A stretch of 64,000 nt of DNA from an uncultured Acidimicrobiaceae bacterium (GTDB lineage: Bacteria > Actinomycetota > Acidimicrobiia > Acidimicrobiales > RAAP-2), in assembly GCA_963717885.1 (NCBI GenBank), contig CAVQXB010000004.1:399552-463551 (forward strand), read 5' to 3'. This document shows positions 63,104 through 64,000 of this stretch, piece after piece. The translations under genes and the position numbers were made by a program. Under the pieces are notes generated by a model that saw nothing but the letters and a program-made list of their open reading frames with translations, was not told where the DNA came from and did not search any database. Numbering within the stretch: the first letter of the stretch is position 1; every line of letters begins with the position of its first letter.

Positions 63104-64000
63104 ATGACCCTCGTTCGTTCACGCCCAGAGAGTGTCGGCGTCGACGATCCCGAGCTTCTCTTCAAAGAGGCTCGTCGGAGGCGGCAGAGGCGATGGCTGA
63201 TTTCAGGCGTCGCCGTGCTCGTGATTGCGGTCACCATCGGAACCGTCGTCGCAACTACTGGCTCGTCGACGGGTACGAGGAAGATTCGCACCAGACCTCC
63301 GAGGTCCGTACCTCCCCAGGCAGTGGGACTGCCCACAGGTGGGATCCAATCCCTGGTGAGTGCGGGACCGCTCGCTGTCAATGCCACCGGATCGCTGTTC
63401 GTCGCTGATGAGACGAGTCACGAGATCTTGGTTCGACTTAACACCGGTAGGTTCCGGGTCGTTGCGGGGGACGGTACCAGCGGATTCGACGGAGATGGAG
63501 GGCCAGCAACAAAGGCGGAGCTGTCCGACGTGACCGACCTTACGTTCGGGCCGAATGGGAATCTCTATCTCGCCGACGGTGGGCGAGTCCGAATGATCGA
63601 CCCGCAAGGTGTGATCAGCACAATCGTCTCACCCAGCACCACCAATGGTCTCGTGACGGCCAGTGCTGCTCCCGGCTCTGCCCCAGCAGTCACCCCGATC
63701 GCCTCGGTCGCTGTGAGCCCAAGCGGCGTCGTCTACGCAGCCACCCCAAATCAGATTTACCGCCTCACCTCAAACAATGAGCTGCAACCGGTCACGGCTG
63801 TTGGTGAGGCGATCGACGCCCCTGGTACTGGGCAAGCTCCGGCCGTTATCACGAGCTTTGGGAAGGTCGCCGTCGACAGCCGGGGAAACATCTATGCATC
63901 TTCGGCCTTCATTGGCTGGTCGGTGTACCGAATCACGCCCAATGGGATGGCCACCAATCTCGGGGCCGCCCGAGGCAGTGGTGGTACCACGGCAGATGTT
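63104..64000 (+). CDS. Membrane-anchored protein, same N-terminal motif + NHL-repeat ectodomain (paralog 3; partial, runs off right edge)
   Basis: Not in ORF track because it has no stop. My translation from ATG 63104 is MTLVRSRPESVGVDDPELLFKEARRRRQRRWLISGVAVLVIAVTIGTVV...LFVADETSHEILVRL...VVAGDGTSGFDGDGGPATKAELSDVTDLTFGPNGNLYLADGGRVRMIDPQG... It is open to 64000. Confidence 0.7.
   Translation, partial: MTLVRSRPESVGVDDPELLFKEARRRRQRRWLISGVAVLVIAVTIGTVVATTGSSTGTRKIRTRPPRSVPPQAVGLPTGGIQSLVSAGPLAVNATGSLFVADETSHEILVRLNTGRFRVVAGDGTSGFDGDGGPATKAELSDVTDLTFGPNGNLYLADGGRVRMIDPQGVISTIVSPSTTNGLVTASAAPGSAPAVTPIASVAVSPSGVVYAATPNQIYRLTSNNELQPVTAVGEAIDAPGTGQAPAVITSFGKVAVDSRGNIYASSAFIGWSVYRITPNGMATNLGAARGSGGTTADV

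Larger units (their letters stand above)
58121..64000 (+). mobile_element. Putative tRNA-Ala-associated integrated element (left end only; right end beyond window)
   Basis: The tRNA is followed 68 nt later by a co-oriented integrase gene, then low-G+C orphan genes. I did not spot a second copy of the tRNA 3' end to the right within the window. Confidence 0.45.

Noticed and set aside
60979-63200. The RRRRRW motif of the three paralogs as a twin-arginine (Tat) signal peptide.
   Set aside because: The Arg run is preceded by a conserved [EQ]LLF[RK]EAR segment at a fixed distance from the start. It is followed by a ~20-residue very hydrophobic helix with no obvious AxA cleavage site. That looks more like a signal anchor with a conserved cytoplasmic peptide. 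This is not excluded and is listed as a check.
1-64000. Frame breaks as genuine pseudogenisation (reductive evolution) or programmed frameshifting.
   Set aside because: They hit several essential single-copy genes at once (leuS, lepA, dnaJ, holA, folP). They occur at a uniform density of about 1 per kb in core and island alike. They lack slippery-site contexts. Sequence error is far more likely. Only the in-frame TAA in the integrase is treated as possibly real.
58121-64000. The island as an actinomycete integrative and conjugative element (AICE), because of integrase plus GntR (KorSA-like) regulator.
   Set aside because: No replication initiator, FtsK/TraSA-type translocase, Nudix or spd-like genes were seen within the window. 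The GntR protein is a short YtrA-like form, not the longer KorSA type. This cannot be decided without the sequence beyond 64000.

Overview
This is a 64-kb high-G+C chromosome segment (about 70-75% in my spot counts of single 60-nt lines). Gene content is Actinomycetota-type: F420/LLM oxidoreductases, imuA'-imuB-dnaE2, PAC2, DUF2510/DUF1707 and CIRCE-HrcA. From left to right:
- rsmE-dnaJ-hrcA on the minus strand with a CIRCE operator, then a DtxR-family regulator and a PAP2 phosphatase.
- A surface-glycan locus (tandem alpha/beta hydrolase, five glycosyltransferases, Wzm/Wzt-type ABC exporter), interrupted by lepA and rpsT.
- An orphan solute-binding protein.
- A ~10-kb block with the gene set of the Mycobacterium tuberculosis cyp51 neighbourhood. 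One direction is TetR-P450-SDR-cyp51-ferredoxin-NTF2-like-DUF427, translationally coupled. Divergently: HIBADH-like, aldehyde dehydrogenase, CMD, SDR and enoyl-CoA hydratase.
- Assorted enzymes and an Na+/H+ antiporter.
- A LexA-box-controlled imuA'-imuB-dnaE2 cassette.
- holA, folP, thioredoxin-TPR and leuS.

From about 55.1 kb to the window end, G+C drops (55-60% in spot counts) and the content is accessory. It holds small orphan ORFs, an ATP-grasp enzyme, tRNA-Ala(GGC) followed by a disrupted tyrosine integrase, a ClpX-type zinc-finger mini-protein and a short GntR regulator. It ends with three tandem membrane proteins that share a conserved N-terminal cytoplasmic motif but carry unrelated ectodomains. 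That trio is my best candidate for something undescribed. The second candidate is a ~190-nt leader with three nested perfect helices, one covering the SD-ATG spacer, upstream of a PLDc_N/DUF2510 membrane protein.

Major caveat: roughly half of the CDSs need one or more frame changes to be read, at about one per kb. These include essential genes (dnaJ, lepA, leuS, holA, folP, dnaE2), so the sequence most likely carries indel errors. Coordinates of disrupted genes are approximate and I do not call them pseudogenes. No CRISPR array, rRNA or transposase was seen.
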